Below, one piece after another: positions 1 to 11,736 of a stretch of 64,000 nucleotides of DNA. Every line of letters begins with the position of its first letter. Position 1 is the stretch's first letter. The notes under the pieces are model-generated. The model was not told the DNA's origin, searched no databases, and saw nothing but the letters and a program-made list of their open reading frames with translations. Origin of the DNA: Zootoca vivipara (Eukaryota); contig NC_083282.1 in assembly GCF_963506605.1 (NCBI RefSeq), positions 23,498,001-23,562,000 on the forward strand, in the 5' to 3' direction. The position numbers were made by a program, and so were the translations under genes.

Positions 1-100
1 TAGCAATTCTGGATTTAGTGTAATAAATCCATTTAACTAGGAGAGTCTGAATAGTCCCACCTTGCTCGTTCAAGACACAGTTCATTTTTTTATAATAGAT

Positions 101-216
101 CAGGGCTTCCCAAACTTTGCTCTCTAGCTTTTTTCCTATCATCCTTGACCACTGGTTCTGCTAGCTAGGGATGATGGGAGTTGTAGTCCAAAAAAAGCCA
201 AGTTTGAGAAACCCTG
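101..216. mobile_element. hAT MITE (about 120-135 bp family), degenerate copy
   Basis: TIR-like ends CAGGGCTTCCCAAACTT / AAGTTTGAGAAACCCTG; near-perfect 8-bp TSD TAATAGAT (93-100) / TGATAGAT (217-224); similar to copies at 4893, 22864 and 55203. Confidence 0.8.
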
Positions 217-1127
217 TGATAGATTGCCAAGGTATCAGGCTAGGAGTGCTGAAATGGGGTTCTGTTAACCTGGGATAGCCAGGAGATCATGTGTGAAGTA
301 GTAACCAGGGGACTGCGCAACATCAGGTGCTAAGTAGACCAACTGACAAAGATCGGTATCAAGACAGTTCCCGCCTTCAGACTTGCAATCCAAAAGACAT
401 GGCACATGAGAGGAAAAGAAAGCCCAGGCAGGCATCACTTCTAGTTCTGTAATACCGGTAATAAAGTTATACAGCTTTGTCAAAAAAAAAAAAAATGCCT
501 GGGAGTTCTGTGGGAGATGTAACATTTCAATGTGCCCCGCTTGTGGAAAGCTAGCCTGTCAGGGATCTAAGTCTAGCCTGCCCTCTAGTCCCCCATGACA
601 GGTTAGTGCAAATAAGTTTTTCTGAGGTGAAATAGTCAATCATAACCTCCCTAGGCATTCTGAAACAGCACACTTTCAGGAGGGCCATACCGTAAGGTTC
701 CTCTAAACATGGGGCTTGGTCCTCAAAGCGTTGTCTACACATAACTCCTGCCTCCAGGTCTTGGAGCACTACACTCAGGAAATCCACAAAACCAGCACAG
801 GTTTTCAGCATTTGTGGGGCAGTACAGATAGTCAACGCAAAGGAGAATGCAACAAAATCCTATTCAAACCTGCTCCTTTCTTGATCTAATTCTGCACTTC
901 CAGTTGTGTTGTGCCTAAGGCACTAAATGACATGGTTCTCCTTTTGAGAACTATGGCCGCCTTGTTCTGTAGGGGCTTGGGATGAAAAGTGGTGTTCACA
1001 TTATTACTGATTTTAAAATTGTTTAAATAAAGGCCCTTATCTACATGACAGCCTCCAGTTGTCTGCAAGCTCTGGCTACATGATTTGTCAGAATGTTACA
1101 CACTCCTAAAGGAAAAGTTTATGGATT

Positions 1128-1527
1128 TAGGATGGACAAATCTGTCAATTTTCCAGTTCTCATTTTTGCAGTCTCAAGTTCGGGTCTCCAGCTATCTGCA
1201 CAAGTCTGCCTTTTGATAGAGATTTCATCAGCATTTAAAAACACATTTATCTCAATAGACACATTTTTATACAATTCTGCCTGATAAGACACAGGTTTTT
1301 TTTGCAAGCAATTTCCCCAAATAGAATGCATTGTATATAGCATTTTCATGAATATATGCATTTCAATACACAGTTTCCCCTATCATATATATACACTTTA
1401 TTGGGTTGGAAAACTGCATCAGAAAATTCAGTGCAGCTGTCAAAGAGTAGTTGTGTTTTGGCACATATAGTGTTTAGAAAAGTTTGAAATAGGTTTGCAT
1501 TAAAATCCTAACCACACCAAATCCCTA
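1128..1527. mobile_element. Old AT-rich non-autonomous DNA transposon-like repeat
   Basis: Ends TAGGATG...ATCCCTA; a diverged copy in the opposite orientation lies at about 8718-9168. Confidence 0.5.
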
Positions 1528-3132
1528 GTGTGGATTCAGGCCAACACTCCCCTTGTGCTCCCCCAATATTAAAGTCCATGATGTGAGACATTTTAAAAAT
1601 CTAATTCATGTGGTAACCTTTCAAAGCAATTTTGAAAGTCGCTTCTTTTGCCTCTTTTGTCAGTAGTTTACTGGATCATCTCTTTGCAATGCAGGTGAGT
1701 ACCTCTATGTTCATTGTTTATTAAAAGAATTTATGTATTGCCCTTTCGTGTGGAAATACCAAGTCAACAAAACAATGTTAAAACCTCAATCACAACAGAA
1801 CTACTTTGAAATATCAGGCGTAGTTAAGCAGGAGGAATGCCAGCAGTCGGTATTACTGCACCCCGACAGGCAAAAATAAGTCACACGCAAAACTGCTCTT
1901 TAAAAATAACCCTTTTGCCATGAAAAACGGTGCTGGGGGTGGGAAATATCGTAAGAATCTAAGCAGGTAGGAATCAGAACAAATTATTGAGGCTGTTACA
2001 GTGTGAAATTTGAAGATTGCAAATATCTTCCTTAATGTTATTACTTGGTTGCATTAAAAATGCATCGCCTATATTATGTGGCTCATTATTCATGAAGCAG
2101 GTTCCATACCTTTTGTCTGCCAGAGTAACTGAAGGAAAAGGTAAGAGGAGACAGCGGCTGTGCGCACACCTTTATGTCTCTCACTGAATTTTTTATGGCC
2201 CCTCCAGCTAGCCAGTTGGTGAAGCTCTGTGGCCGCACAAGAGTGGAAAAGCAGAGCTATCTCAGAAAGACTAACCCTTTCAGGAGCTAATTTGAGCTTG
2301 TGTTCATTCACGCCAGCGGTGATTAAATTACCTATCGAGTGCGCTGAGCTATCATGATTCAGGGCACGGGAGAACAAGGTGGATTTCACCTGATTGATTT
2401 GAAACGCGCGAGACGGGATGGGGAAGGGGAGGAACAGAAGAGCGGAGGGGAAGAACGGGCAACAAAGAAACCACCCCCTGTTTGCTGATGTTATTATTTG
2501 ATCCTGACAGAAAATGGAATGTTTTTTTAAAAAAATTATTTTGCTAGCGTTAAAATTTTCCATTTCCCACCCCACCCCCACACTTCCTTCAAGGAGCTCT
2601 GGATTAGTCCTGCCCCTTTCCCTTGCTTCCCCATCGGAATAACCCCGTGAGGTACCGTAGGTTAGGTCAGACTGACGCACACCCAACGAGCTTAATAGTT
2701 GAGCAGGATCTGAACACAGGTCTCCTGGCTCAGTGGTACAATTGGGGAACTTGTACACGTCACCTTCTCCTTTCTGCAGGCAGCAATTAAATATGCCATG
2801 ATTTGCCCCTGCTCCTGGCCACAGGCACATTTGGCAGCAGCAGCAGGATGTGGGAAGCCACCTGCCATTTTAATTTCCCCAAACGCCACAGCAGCAACAC
2901 TGTTGTCAGGTACTCAAGGGCACTGGGGGAATATTTAAACGATGAGTGGCTGCTTCAGGGTTCCAGGCTGCTTCAAGGGCCCCACTGGATCCCTCAACCA
3001 CTGGCCTTGGAAGCCGGGCAGAAAGTCAACAGAAGTTAAGTCGCTGCCCCACTCATGTCCCTGAGGGCATGCTTCTCCTCCCTTCTGTATAAGGGATAAC
3101 TAAAGTGATGGCTGAATGGCCAGAATTTGCCT

Positions 3133-3452
3133 TTACCTGAAAGGGCATCTCCACCCCCATCGTTCTGCCCGGACACTGAGGTCCAGCGCCGAGGGCCTTC
3201 TGGCGGTTCCCTCACTGCGAGAAGCCAAGTTACAGGGAACCAGGCAGAGGGCCTTCTCGGTAGTGGCACCTGCCCTGTGGAACGCCCTCCCACCAGATGT
3301 CAAAGAGAAAAACAACTACCAGACTTTTAGAAGACATCTGAAGGCAGCCCTGTTTAGGGAAGCTTTTAATGTTTAATAGATTATTGTATTTTAATGTGTT
3401 GGTAGCCGCCCAGAATGGCAGAGTGGCTGGGGAAACCCAGCCAGATGGGCGG

Positions 3453-3500
<48 letters not shown>

Positions 3501-3501
3501 T
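3133..3501 (+). mobile_element. L2-clade LINE 3' end with (AAT)n tail
   Basis: Translates to RAFSVVAPALWNALP...FRRHLKAALF, the typical L2 ORF2 C-terminus; 3' UTR stem-loop followed by (AAT)n at 3456-3501; homologous to copies at 45908 and 61621. Confidence 0.9.
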
Positions 3502-3613
3502 AATTCACTCTTGGTGCTGGGTTGCCCGGGTTATCCAAGACACCTGGATGCCAGTGATCAGCCTTCTAACAGTTGCATTTTTTATTATTATTACTGAAGC
3601 AGGGAGCTGTGAA

Positions 3614-4139
3614 CATGGGCGTACCCAGGGGGGGCAGCTGCCCCCCCGAAGCTAAAAAAAGAAAGAAAGACAGCTTGCGGCATACACTTTTGTCCTTCTC
3701 GGTTGGGTACACGATCTTGCCACAGCGGGCACAGCGTAAGACCCCAGCGGAAGGCAGCGGTGGGAGTTGCCCCCGGCTGCCTGGAAAAGGCTGGAAAGCT
3801 GCGTCTGTGGCAAGGCTCGTAACACTGCAGAAGCAAGCGGGAGGAGGAAGAGGGAGAGGGCGTGAGGGAAAGAGAGCGCTCACACCAGCACGCACACCAG
3901 CACACACCAGCCTACAATCGGCGCGCACTGTTTTTTTCCAGGGTAAAAAGAGCAGAGGCCGGCGGGGAGGAGTTGCGGAGAACCGCATGACCGCCCCCTC
4001 CCCTCTGGGGGGCGTGGACATTGACCACGCCTCCTGGGAGGATCCCGGTCACGTCATCGCCAGCCAGCCAATCGGGTGGCTGGGGGTGGGGTGTGTGGCT
4101 TGCCTGCCCCCCCTAGTTTTGATCCTGGGTACGCCCATG
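3614..4139. mobile_element. Non-autonomous hAT element with captured GC-rich host sequence (Pack-hAT candidate)
   Basis: Perfect 16-bp TIR CATGGGCGTACCCAGG / CCTGGGTACGCCCATG; perfect 8-bp TSD GCTGTGAA (3606-3613, 4140-4147); CpG-rich interior; no transposase. Confidence 0.92.
3695..3733 (-). pseudogene. LASP1: Captured fragment of LASP1 first coding exon (LIM domain start, [13 protein letters not shown]) inside hAT element
   Basis: 13 consecutive codons match the recalled LASP1 N-terminus [23 protein letters not shown] (NEBL/LASP2 has V instead of I); no ATG and no remainder of the LIM domain. Confidence 0.85.
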
Positions 4140-4776
4140 GCTGTGAAACTGGTAAGACCAGCAGCAGCATGGGAAGAGAGGGTGCACAACGCCCCCCCCG
4201 TCAAAGTTGGGCCCCCCCAGCTGGCTTCCCAACCCCAGGGGAAAGGCACATTCATTTCATTTTCCTTTTTTATTTTTGAAAATAAGCCTGCATCCCCTGG
4301 CATCTCATCTAATTTGGACTCCAGTTCATCTGATCAATCTTTATCACACCTGTTCGTTATACGCATATAAATGCCACGGAGAGCAAATATCAAGCTGGGG
4401 GTGGTTGTGGAAGCCTGAATCTATAAAAATGTAAGGCACACATCTAGCAGGGATATTTACTGCCCATTGCCTGATAAAGATTAACTTGGTGTCGGCCATA
4501 AAATCTTTCAGTAAAAAAAAAAAAAAAAATTAAGAAAGGGAGTACTTTCAGTGGGGAACTGGCCCAGCATTCTGATCATTAGTTTCTTCTGTGAATGAAC
4601 AGAAAAAACAAGGAGAGCACCTGGAAATTAAAAGGATCTGTTAAAGTTTGGGTTTTAATCTCCCTTTTTGCTCCCCGGGTAGCATGCACAAGATACAGAA
4701 CTTGAAATAAGACAGCAGGAAATATTCCCTTCATATATGGTTTGAAATTCACACAAAGCAGCTGAACAAATGACAG

Positions 4777-4778
<2 letters not shown>

Positions 4779-4820
<42 letters not shown>
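4779..4820. repeat. (CA)n microsatellite
   Basis: Direct reading. Confidence 0.98.
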
Positions 4821-4821
<1 letters not shown>

Positions 4822-4892
4822 GCCCAACACTTGTGTGGTTTTGGTGTTTGTTGGTCAGTGACCATTTTTCACCTTAACTGCTACTTCTATGC

Positions 4893-5028
4893 CAGGCACC
4901 CCCAAACTGCGGCCCTCCAGATTTTTCTGCCTACAACTCCCATGATCCCTAGCTAACAGGACCAGTGGTCAGGGATGATGGGAATTGTAGTCCAGAACAT
5001 CCAGAGGGCTGAAGTTTGGGGATGCCTG
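4893..5028. mobile_element. hAT MITE (136 bp)
   Basis: TIR CAGGCACCCCCAAACT / AGTTTGGGGATGCCTG; perfect TSD TTCTATGC (4885-4892, 5029-5036). Confidence 0.95.
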
Positions 5029-5204
5029 TTCTATGCCCTCATCCTGCTCTGCCTTTCATCCACACTCTTGTTACAGGGTTACAAACTTGAACAAAATATT
5101 GGAGGGCTGGGCAGGTAAGCCCTAACTCACATAATCAGTCACAAGATGCACCAATTGAATGGCAATGTCCACCAGCTTTTTTGCGGGGGCTGGCCCTCTC
5201 TCAA

Positions 5205-5262
<58 letters not shown>
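5205..5262. repeat. (AAT)n microsatellite
   Basis: Direct reading. Confidence 0.95.
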
Positions 5263-5288
5263 GGGTGAAGGGACCTCGGCCCCTAGGA

Positions 5289-5378
5289 CATAGCTGCCAA
5301 GTTTTCCCTTTTCTCACGAGGAAGCCTATTCAGCATAAGGGAATTTCCCTTAAAAAAGGGGAGAACTTGGCAGCTATG
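5289..5378. mobile_element. 90-bp hAT MITE
   Basis: TIR CATAGCTGCCAAGTT / AACTTGGCAGCTATG; perfect TSD CCCTAGGA; near-identical inverted copy at 56460-56550. Confidence 0.95.
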
Positions 5379-5571
5379 CCCTAGGAGTTGACTCCTATGT
5401 GTTGCTAAATCCAATTATCTAAGGTGACTGACAAGGTTTCCTTTACAGGTGCCCACTATGTCTTCATGTCAGATATAGGCCTGATTTCGCACATCACCTT
5501 AAACGAAACCGCGGTTTAGCGTGAACACATGAGCATGTGTTATCACGTTAGCTTGCCACAGCAGCAATGTT

Positions 5572-5608
5572 GGATAGCTCATTTGGTAGAGCATGGGACT
5601 TTTAACCT
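5572..5608 (+). pseudogene. tRNA-Lys-derived fragment (SINE head)
   Basis: GGATAGCTCATTTGGTAGAGCATGGGACTTTTAA resembles the 5' half of tRNA-Lys; no T-arm. Confidence 0.6.
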
Positions 5609-5734
5609 AGAGGGAGAAGGGGGGGAAGTTCCATTGTGCAAGTGGCAATCCTTTTAACTAGCTGATCTACTTACTGCAAAGGATAACATTGCCCAGAGTT
5701 TCCAAATCATTACAGACTTGTCAGCCTTCTCTTG

Positions 5735-6010
5735 ATAACTGTGGAAGAATGGAAGATGCTTATTATATATATATAAGCAATGTACACAGGTTAATACGTT
5801 AGCAGGGTTTTAAGATTACTTGTAATTTTATTATGAACGGATAAATAGGTGATTTAAATATGTTACAAATTTAACAATGGACATGCAGTATCTTGATAAA
5901 TAATAGAACCAAGGAAGGGATTAGAGGGAAGTCAATTTGTTTTGTTTTGTTTTTGTATTGTGGTTGTTTTTTATTTTTGTTATTAATGTTATATAAAAAT
6001 TTAATAAATT
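5735..6010 (+). mobile_element. L1-clade LINE extreme 3' end / 3' UTR
   Basis: EEWK-type ORF2 end, AT-rich UTR with T-rich tract and AATAAA; similar to the tails at 48290 and 55410. Confidence 0.55.
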
Positions 6011-6779
6011 CAAACTTAGTTGTGTTCCCAGCTGAGAGATGTCTGAAGGGTTACCATCAGGTATAGCACACCAGCTCACTGAATGAAATATTAAAAATGA
6101 TTGTGCAGTGTTCGTCCTTTGAATATTTATTCAGAAGAAACACCTTGAATTCAGTGGGACTTACCCTATCTTGCCGGCACATGCTTTCTAGTACCCAGTG
6201 CCTGCGCATGGTACAAACACCAAAACCAGTTGTGAAGTCCTGGTGTCGTCCCCCCCCCCCACTTTTACCTAGAACAGAGGATGTGCTGGTTTAGCACTTC
6301 CTGTCCTAGCGGTGCCAATTCTCAGGTCAGACCTGTGCTACACAACTAATGACTCACCTCGCTGAGTGCAAGTCATCAAGCTTCCTTTGAAAAGCTCCCT
6401 GTTTTTGTAGCTCTAGGCACGTGTCAAGAGGTGGACATTTATGGGGGCCTAGGTAAAAAACCCCAATACATGGCTAGTAGTGCCCATGGAAGCTGGTCCA
6501 TTACGGTGAAGGAGGCCCTGCCCCACCAACTTCAGTCTGCCCCCAGCCAGCCACACTTGCCTGCCTCCTTATTTACATCCAATTCCAGGAGTGGCAATGC
6601 CTCTCAGCGTTGCTTCTTGTAAAGGAGGATGGGGACAAATCTAGGATTTGTTGGCTCTGCCAGTCATTGGCTCTGGCTTCACTTTCTGTTGGCCTTTCTG
6701 CCTTCTTCCCCACCAGTCTCAGTGGGCAGCAGCCTCCACTGGCCGGTGAGCTGTGTTTGGCTTAGTGGCTGACAGGTTA

Positions 6780-7129
6780 AAGGTAAAGGGACCCCTGACC
6801 ATTAGGTCCAGTCGTGACCGACTCTGGGGTTGCGCGCTCATCTCGCATTATTGGCCAAGGGAGCCGGCGTACAGCTTCCAGGTCATGTGGCCAGCATGAC
6901 AAAGCCACTTCTGGCGAACCAGAGCAGCACACGGAAACGCCGTTTACCTTTCCGCTGTAACGGTTCCTATTTATCTACTTGCATTTTTATGTGCTTTCGA
7001 ACTGCTAGGTTGGCAGGAGCTGGGACCGAGCAACGGGAGCTCACCCTGTCACAGGGATTCGAACCGCTGACCTTCTGATCAGCAAGCCCTAGGCTCAGTG
7101 GTTTAACCCACAGCGCCACCTGGGTCCTC
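6780..7129 (-). mobile_element. Sauria SINE, full length
   Basis: tRNA-like head with B-box GGTTCGAATCC, conserved body and ACCTTT tail; 13-bp TSD GGCTGACAGGTTA (6767-6779, 7130-7142). Confidence 0.95.
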
Positions 7130-7160
7130 GGCTGACAGGTTATGCAGGCCTAATGTATAG

Positions 7161-7281
7161 AGTTTGAACATGAGTTTGACCAAATTGCGGGAGGCAGTGG
7201 AAGACAGGAGTGCCTGGCGTGCTATGGTCCATGGGGTCACGAAGAGTTGGACACGACTAAACGACTAAACAACTAAACAAC
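7161..7281 (+). mobile_element. RTE-BovB-like LINE, short 3' end
   Basis: Matches the 3' end of the copies at 10940 and 19912; AAC-rich tail; TSD AATGTATAG (7152-7160, 7282-7290). Confidence 0.92.
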
Positions 7282-7600
7282 AATGTATAGTGTTGAACCT
7301 GTGCTAATTGAACAGTCTGTGCAACGCCGAATTAAGGACGGGCTATGTCCTAGGAAAAGAGATCACAGGTTCCATGTGTGACTAGGTTATGGGGAGGATC
7401 AAAAATGGGATTTGTTTATCTTGTGAACTGTCCTGAGATCTTTTGACGAAGGGTGGTGTATAAATCTAATAATAAAATAAAATAAAATATTTGATCAACT
7501 AAAGATGGCCAGCACTGGAACCTTTCTGCAAACTAGTCCTTTAAAATTCTCTTCCTACTTCCATAGGTATTTACTTGAAGGACTTTCAATAGCATTTATA

Positions 7601-7955
7601 GGTAAGGTAAAGGACCTATGGATGGTTAAGTCCAGTCAAAGGCGACTATGGGCCCATCTTGCTTTCAGGCTGAGGGACCTGGTGTTTGTCCACAGACAGC
7701 TTTCTGGGTCATGTGGCCAGCATGACTAAACTGCTTCTGGTGCAACAAAACACTGTGACAGAAGCCAGAGCGCACGGAAACGCCATTTAGCTTCCCGCTG
7801 CAGTGGTACCTATTTATCTACTTGCACTGGTGTGCTTTCAAACTGCTAGGTTGGCAGGAGCAGGGACAGCGTAAGGGAGCTCACCCCCTCTCGCGTGGAT
7901 TCAAACCGCTGACCTTCTGATCGAGAAGCCCAAGAGGCTCAGTGGTTTAGACCAC
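7601..7955 (-). mobile_element. Sauria SINE (older subfamily)
   Basis: Colinear similarity to 6780-7129. Confidence 0.9.
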
Positions 7956-8717
7956 ATATAAACACAGACTTGGGGAATTGAGGATGTACACACTGATGAG
8001 TACATTGGGTCCCAATTCTCTTTGTAGCTGCTGAGTCATGTAGAAATACAAGTACTGACCTGCAACTGAGGATTTCGTATTTGTAAAGGAAATTTGCCTC
8101 ATTTCTTTTTCTCAGCCAGATGTCTACTTTTCTCCAATCCACACACTGTTTCATACCCTCCCCATCCAATAGTTAAGAGTGCAGATGTTTGCGAAAATTC
8201 AGAATGTGGCTTGGTTGGGCATTGAGGCCTCGGTCTAGCTAACAAATGTTATGTGTAATGGACAGTGAAAACAAAGGAGTGACTAACTTGGGCTCCATTC
8301 ATAGGATGCAATCAAGGCAGGTAGTGCTGGCTGACGGTGGACTCAAGTTTGTCATAATGGACCAGCCTCCATTGATTTACACTTAACCCAGTTCAGTAGT
8401 TCCGGCTTGAGCAGAAATAAGCAGCCTTTTAAAAAAGTGTCCTAGCTTATGTTATACTTGTAGATGACACTAAAAGAGTTTTAAGAAGACCTGTCATGAG
8501 GAATTGTCAGCCATATGGGGTAGACCACATTCTACGGAAGAGTTTCTCAAACCTGACACATCAAATTGAGACTCAGAATGGCAAAAGGGTAGAAGCCCAA
8601 ATGAAAACACACCACGCCATTCACAAAACAGAGAAATGCGCTAATACATATTTGGGTGGAATGTGGGTCAATAATAAAGCCAGCGGACAGAAGCTAAAGA
8701 AAAAGAGCAGTGAGGAG

Positions 8718-9168
8718 TAAGAATGGAGGAAAAATCTGATTCGGTTCACATTTGCAGGTGATGCTGCTAAATTCACTTTCTGAAACAATAAACAAACCAA
8801 TACACAGCCATTTCTGGAATTTGGCACTTCTCTGAACTTTGCAACGTTGTTCTACACTACAGTCAAGTAATATGTAGAAAAATGCATATACCGAAGAGCG
8901 AATTAGGTAGGGTAAACTGTACAAATGCATCTATTAGTGAAAATAATACGCACAAATGCACCATTCTAGAGAAAGTCGCTTTGCAAAAATGTGCATATTA
9001 GGCAAAACTGCAGAAGAAGGTTTATCGTTAGGATAAATTTACGGTAAAATGCAAATGGGAGCCGCTTTAAAAAACAACAACACTGTAACGTGATGTGGAG
9101 AACTGAGTTTAGGAATGGAAAATTTAGAACCTGTGAGAAACCAAAACGGACAGATTCAGTCACCCCTG
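8718..9168. mobile_element. Old AT-rich non-autonomous DNA transposon-like repeat
   Basis: Reverse-complement similarity to 1128-1527. Confidence 0.5.
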
Positions 9169-9813
9169 GAGAGAGGCAATGCACAGAATCCAGTGGGTTT
9201 AGAAGAAAAGGTGACGGCAGGGCAGCAAAACAGAAAGGCAACGGGCAACGGCTGCATCCTATCCTCTTTGAAGCATAGTGATGCAACTCAGATTGGGGAA
9301 GAAACCATGGAGGAAATACATGCTCTTAGAACATCTCACCGTTGGGCTGGAATCAAAGGAGAGGTGGCAAACGGACAACGAAGCAATCACGCTATCTTTA
9401 CCGGCCACAAAATCAATCTAGAGATTGCTAAACCTGTAAGGAAACACAGTGCTGAGGACACCTAAACTGTCTTGCCACCGCAGATTAGCTCACAACAGAG
9501 AGAAATTGCATGGGATGGAAAATCACACAGGAAATAAAGAAAGGTGTTGGTGAGGAAAGAAAACAGCCCAGTCTCTGCAGGCTGAGCTAACAGGGAATAT
9601 TCAGGCTAAGAAAAAAAGCATTTCCCCTCCCTCTTAAGGAATCGCAGGCAAAAATGATTAAATAATACCATTACTTCCAATGCTGATTAATGCAACTGTT
9701 AGGCTTGGAGAGCTCTTCTTTTGAATATTCCCCCCAGAATTAACAGAAACTTCAAAGTTTAGTGAATGTGCTACATGGGATGGCCCTTGGGTATAAAATA
9801 CTTGATCGCTAAA

Positions 9814-9843
9814 AAGAAGAAGAAGAAGAAGAAGAAGAAGAAG

Positions 9844-9873
<30 letters not shown>
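9814..9873. repeat. (AAG)n microsatellite
   Basis: Direct reading. Confidence 0.98.
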
Positions 9874-9874
<1 letters not shown>

Positions 9875-10939
9875 GATATTTCCATAAATAAAGCCTAAAA
9901 CGTTTGCAGACGGAGGACTGCAAATGGAAACCAACAATGCATTTAACATCCCCTCCGAAAGAAAGAAAGAAAGTACAGAGAGGTTGTTTGCTCCTGGTTT
10001 ACCTGCTTCTGGGTTTGTAGCACTTGTGCCTTACAGAAGGGACATTATTTAAAGTTTCTGTAGAACACGGATGAGGAACCTGTGGTATTTCAGATGTTAC
10101 TGGACTCCCAAATCCCATTGGATTCAGCGACTGTGTCCAATAGTCCCACAAAATCTGGAGGGCCAGAAAATCTGCTGTAGAGAAGAAAAGATTACAGCAG
10201 ATGTGCCAAGATTCAAATAAAGCTTCAAAGATAACATAGGGGTTTAATTCAAGATAAATTGGGGTGGGGGTGGGGGAAATAAGCAATGCATTTTAAGTCA
10301 GGGCATTTACTGTGGTTCCTTTCTTACGCCTCTTACCAACCAGATATGGGTGTTTCTGAAGAATAATCGCAGGTGATCTCACCTCTGGGGGGTTCTGCTT
10401 CCTGCCCTCCCTAAATGGCAACCCAGCCTGGAGCATATCCTGTCATTGTAGCAACGTGGCAGGGGGAAATGTTGGCTTTGTGGCTTTTTTTGTATCTGAT
10501 CTTACAACTCTGCTTCTATTTGCTGAAGAATGAACGACTCTAAAAAGCTTGCGTGTTTCGTTAGCGTGCCACGATTTTAAAAATCTGTTAACACAGCGAC
10601 AACACCAATTAATCAATTGGCCAGTCGGTCAATCAACACATGCACACATTGTAGGTTGTAAACGAATGTACATTTCAAAGCCAGCTTTGCCCGAACATTG
10701 CTCATTGGGGAGCACCGATCACTGTAAGCAATGGCAGTAGATTCCTCACTTCACTACCTCCATAGTCTTCTAAGTTCAGGGTTGTCCCTACCATTAGACA
10801 CAATGGACAACTGTCCCAGGTTGCAGCCTGTGGTGGTGATGGACAGCAGCAGCAGCTGCCCCTGGTTTTATCTCCGAGCCCCCTAGCCATTTTTCTCATT
10901 GCTACATGGCCTTCTCTGGGGTGGTGGAATTATCCATTT

Positions 10940-11300
10940 TGTTGTTGTTTAGTCGTTTAGTCGTGTCCAACTCTTTGTGACCCCATGGACCAGAGCACGC
11001 CGGGCACTCCTGTCTTCCACTGCCTCCCACAGTTTGGTCAGACTCATGTTGGTAGCTTCGAGAACACTATCCAACCATCTCGTCCTCTGTCGTCCTCTTC
11101 TCCTTGTGCCCTCAATCTTTCCCAGCATCAGGGTCTTTTCTAGGGAGTCTTCTCTTCTCATGAGGTGGCCAAAGTATTGGAGCCTCAGCTTCAGGATCTG
11201 TCCTTCCAGTGAGCCCTCAGGGCTAATTTCCTTCAGCATGGATTGGTTTGATCTTCTTGCAGTCCATGGGGCTCTCAAGAGTCTCCTCCAGCACCATAAT
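10940..11300 (-). mobile_element. RTE-BovB-like LINE 3' fragment
   Basis: Translation LWCWRRLLRAPWTARRSNQS...LQYFGHLMRREDSLEKTLMLGKIEG..RRRGRQRTRWLD is the classic BovB C-terminus; TSD ATCCATTT (10932-10939, 11299-11306). Confidence 0.95.
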
Positions 11301-11532
11301 CCATTTAGCAGTGTTGAATTATGGCTCCATCTATATAATACCACTTTATTTATTTATTTGATTTTTTTGAAAGCACAAGCTTGTTTTTCTTTTTCTTTTA
11401 AACAATTTATTTATTTATTTTATAATCACACAAAACAAAAACACACAAACACTACAATGCAAATAACATATCCAACAAAACAACATAAAAATACATATAT
11501 CACATTTTCAAATCTAATTTCCTAATTTCTGG

Positions 11533-11736
11533 TGAACCAGAGCAGCACACGGAAACGCCATTTACCTTCCTGCTTGGAAGCTATTTATCTACTTGCACTT
11601 TGATGTGCTTTTGAACTGCTAGGTTGGCAGGAGCTGGGACCGAGCAATGGGACCTCACCCCGTCTCAGGGATTCGAACCTCCGACCTTCTGATCAGCAAG
11701 CCCTAGGCTTTGTGGTTTAACCCACCGCGCCACCTG
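11533..11736 (-). mobile_element. Sauria SINE, 5' part
   Basis: Colinear with 6915-7121. Confidence 0.9.

Noticed and set aside
2090-2830. 246-aa minus-strand ORF
   Set aside because: No recognisable domain, non-coding-like composition and no coherent splice context.
3566-4021. This locus being the real LASP1 gene
   Set aside because: No MNP start, the LIM domain breaks after 13 residues, no further LASP1 exons were seen, and it is enclosed by TIRs/TSD.
3573-4370. 265-aa ORF and overlapping ORFs as a gene
   Set aside because: It spans the GC-rich hAT element and its flanks; stop-poor composition explains the length and no homology was recognised on this strand.
5675-5738. Minus-strand 64-nt exon
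   Set aside because: The acceptor is supplied by the antisense of an L1 end; likely a chance or cryptic signal.
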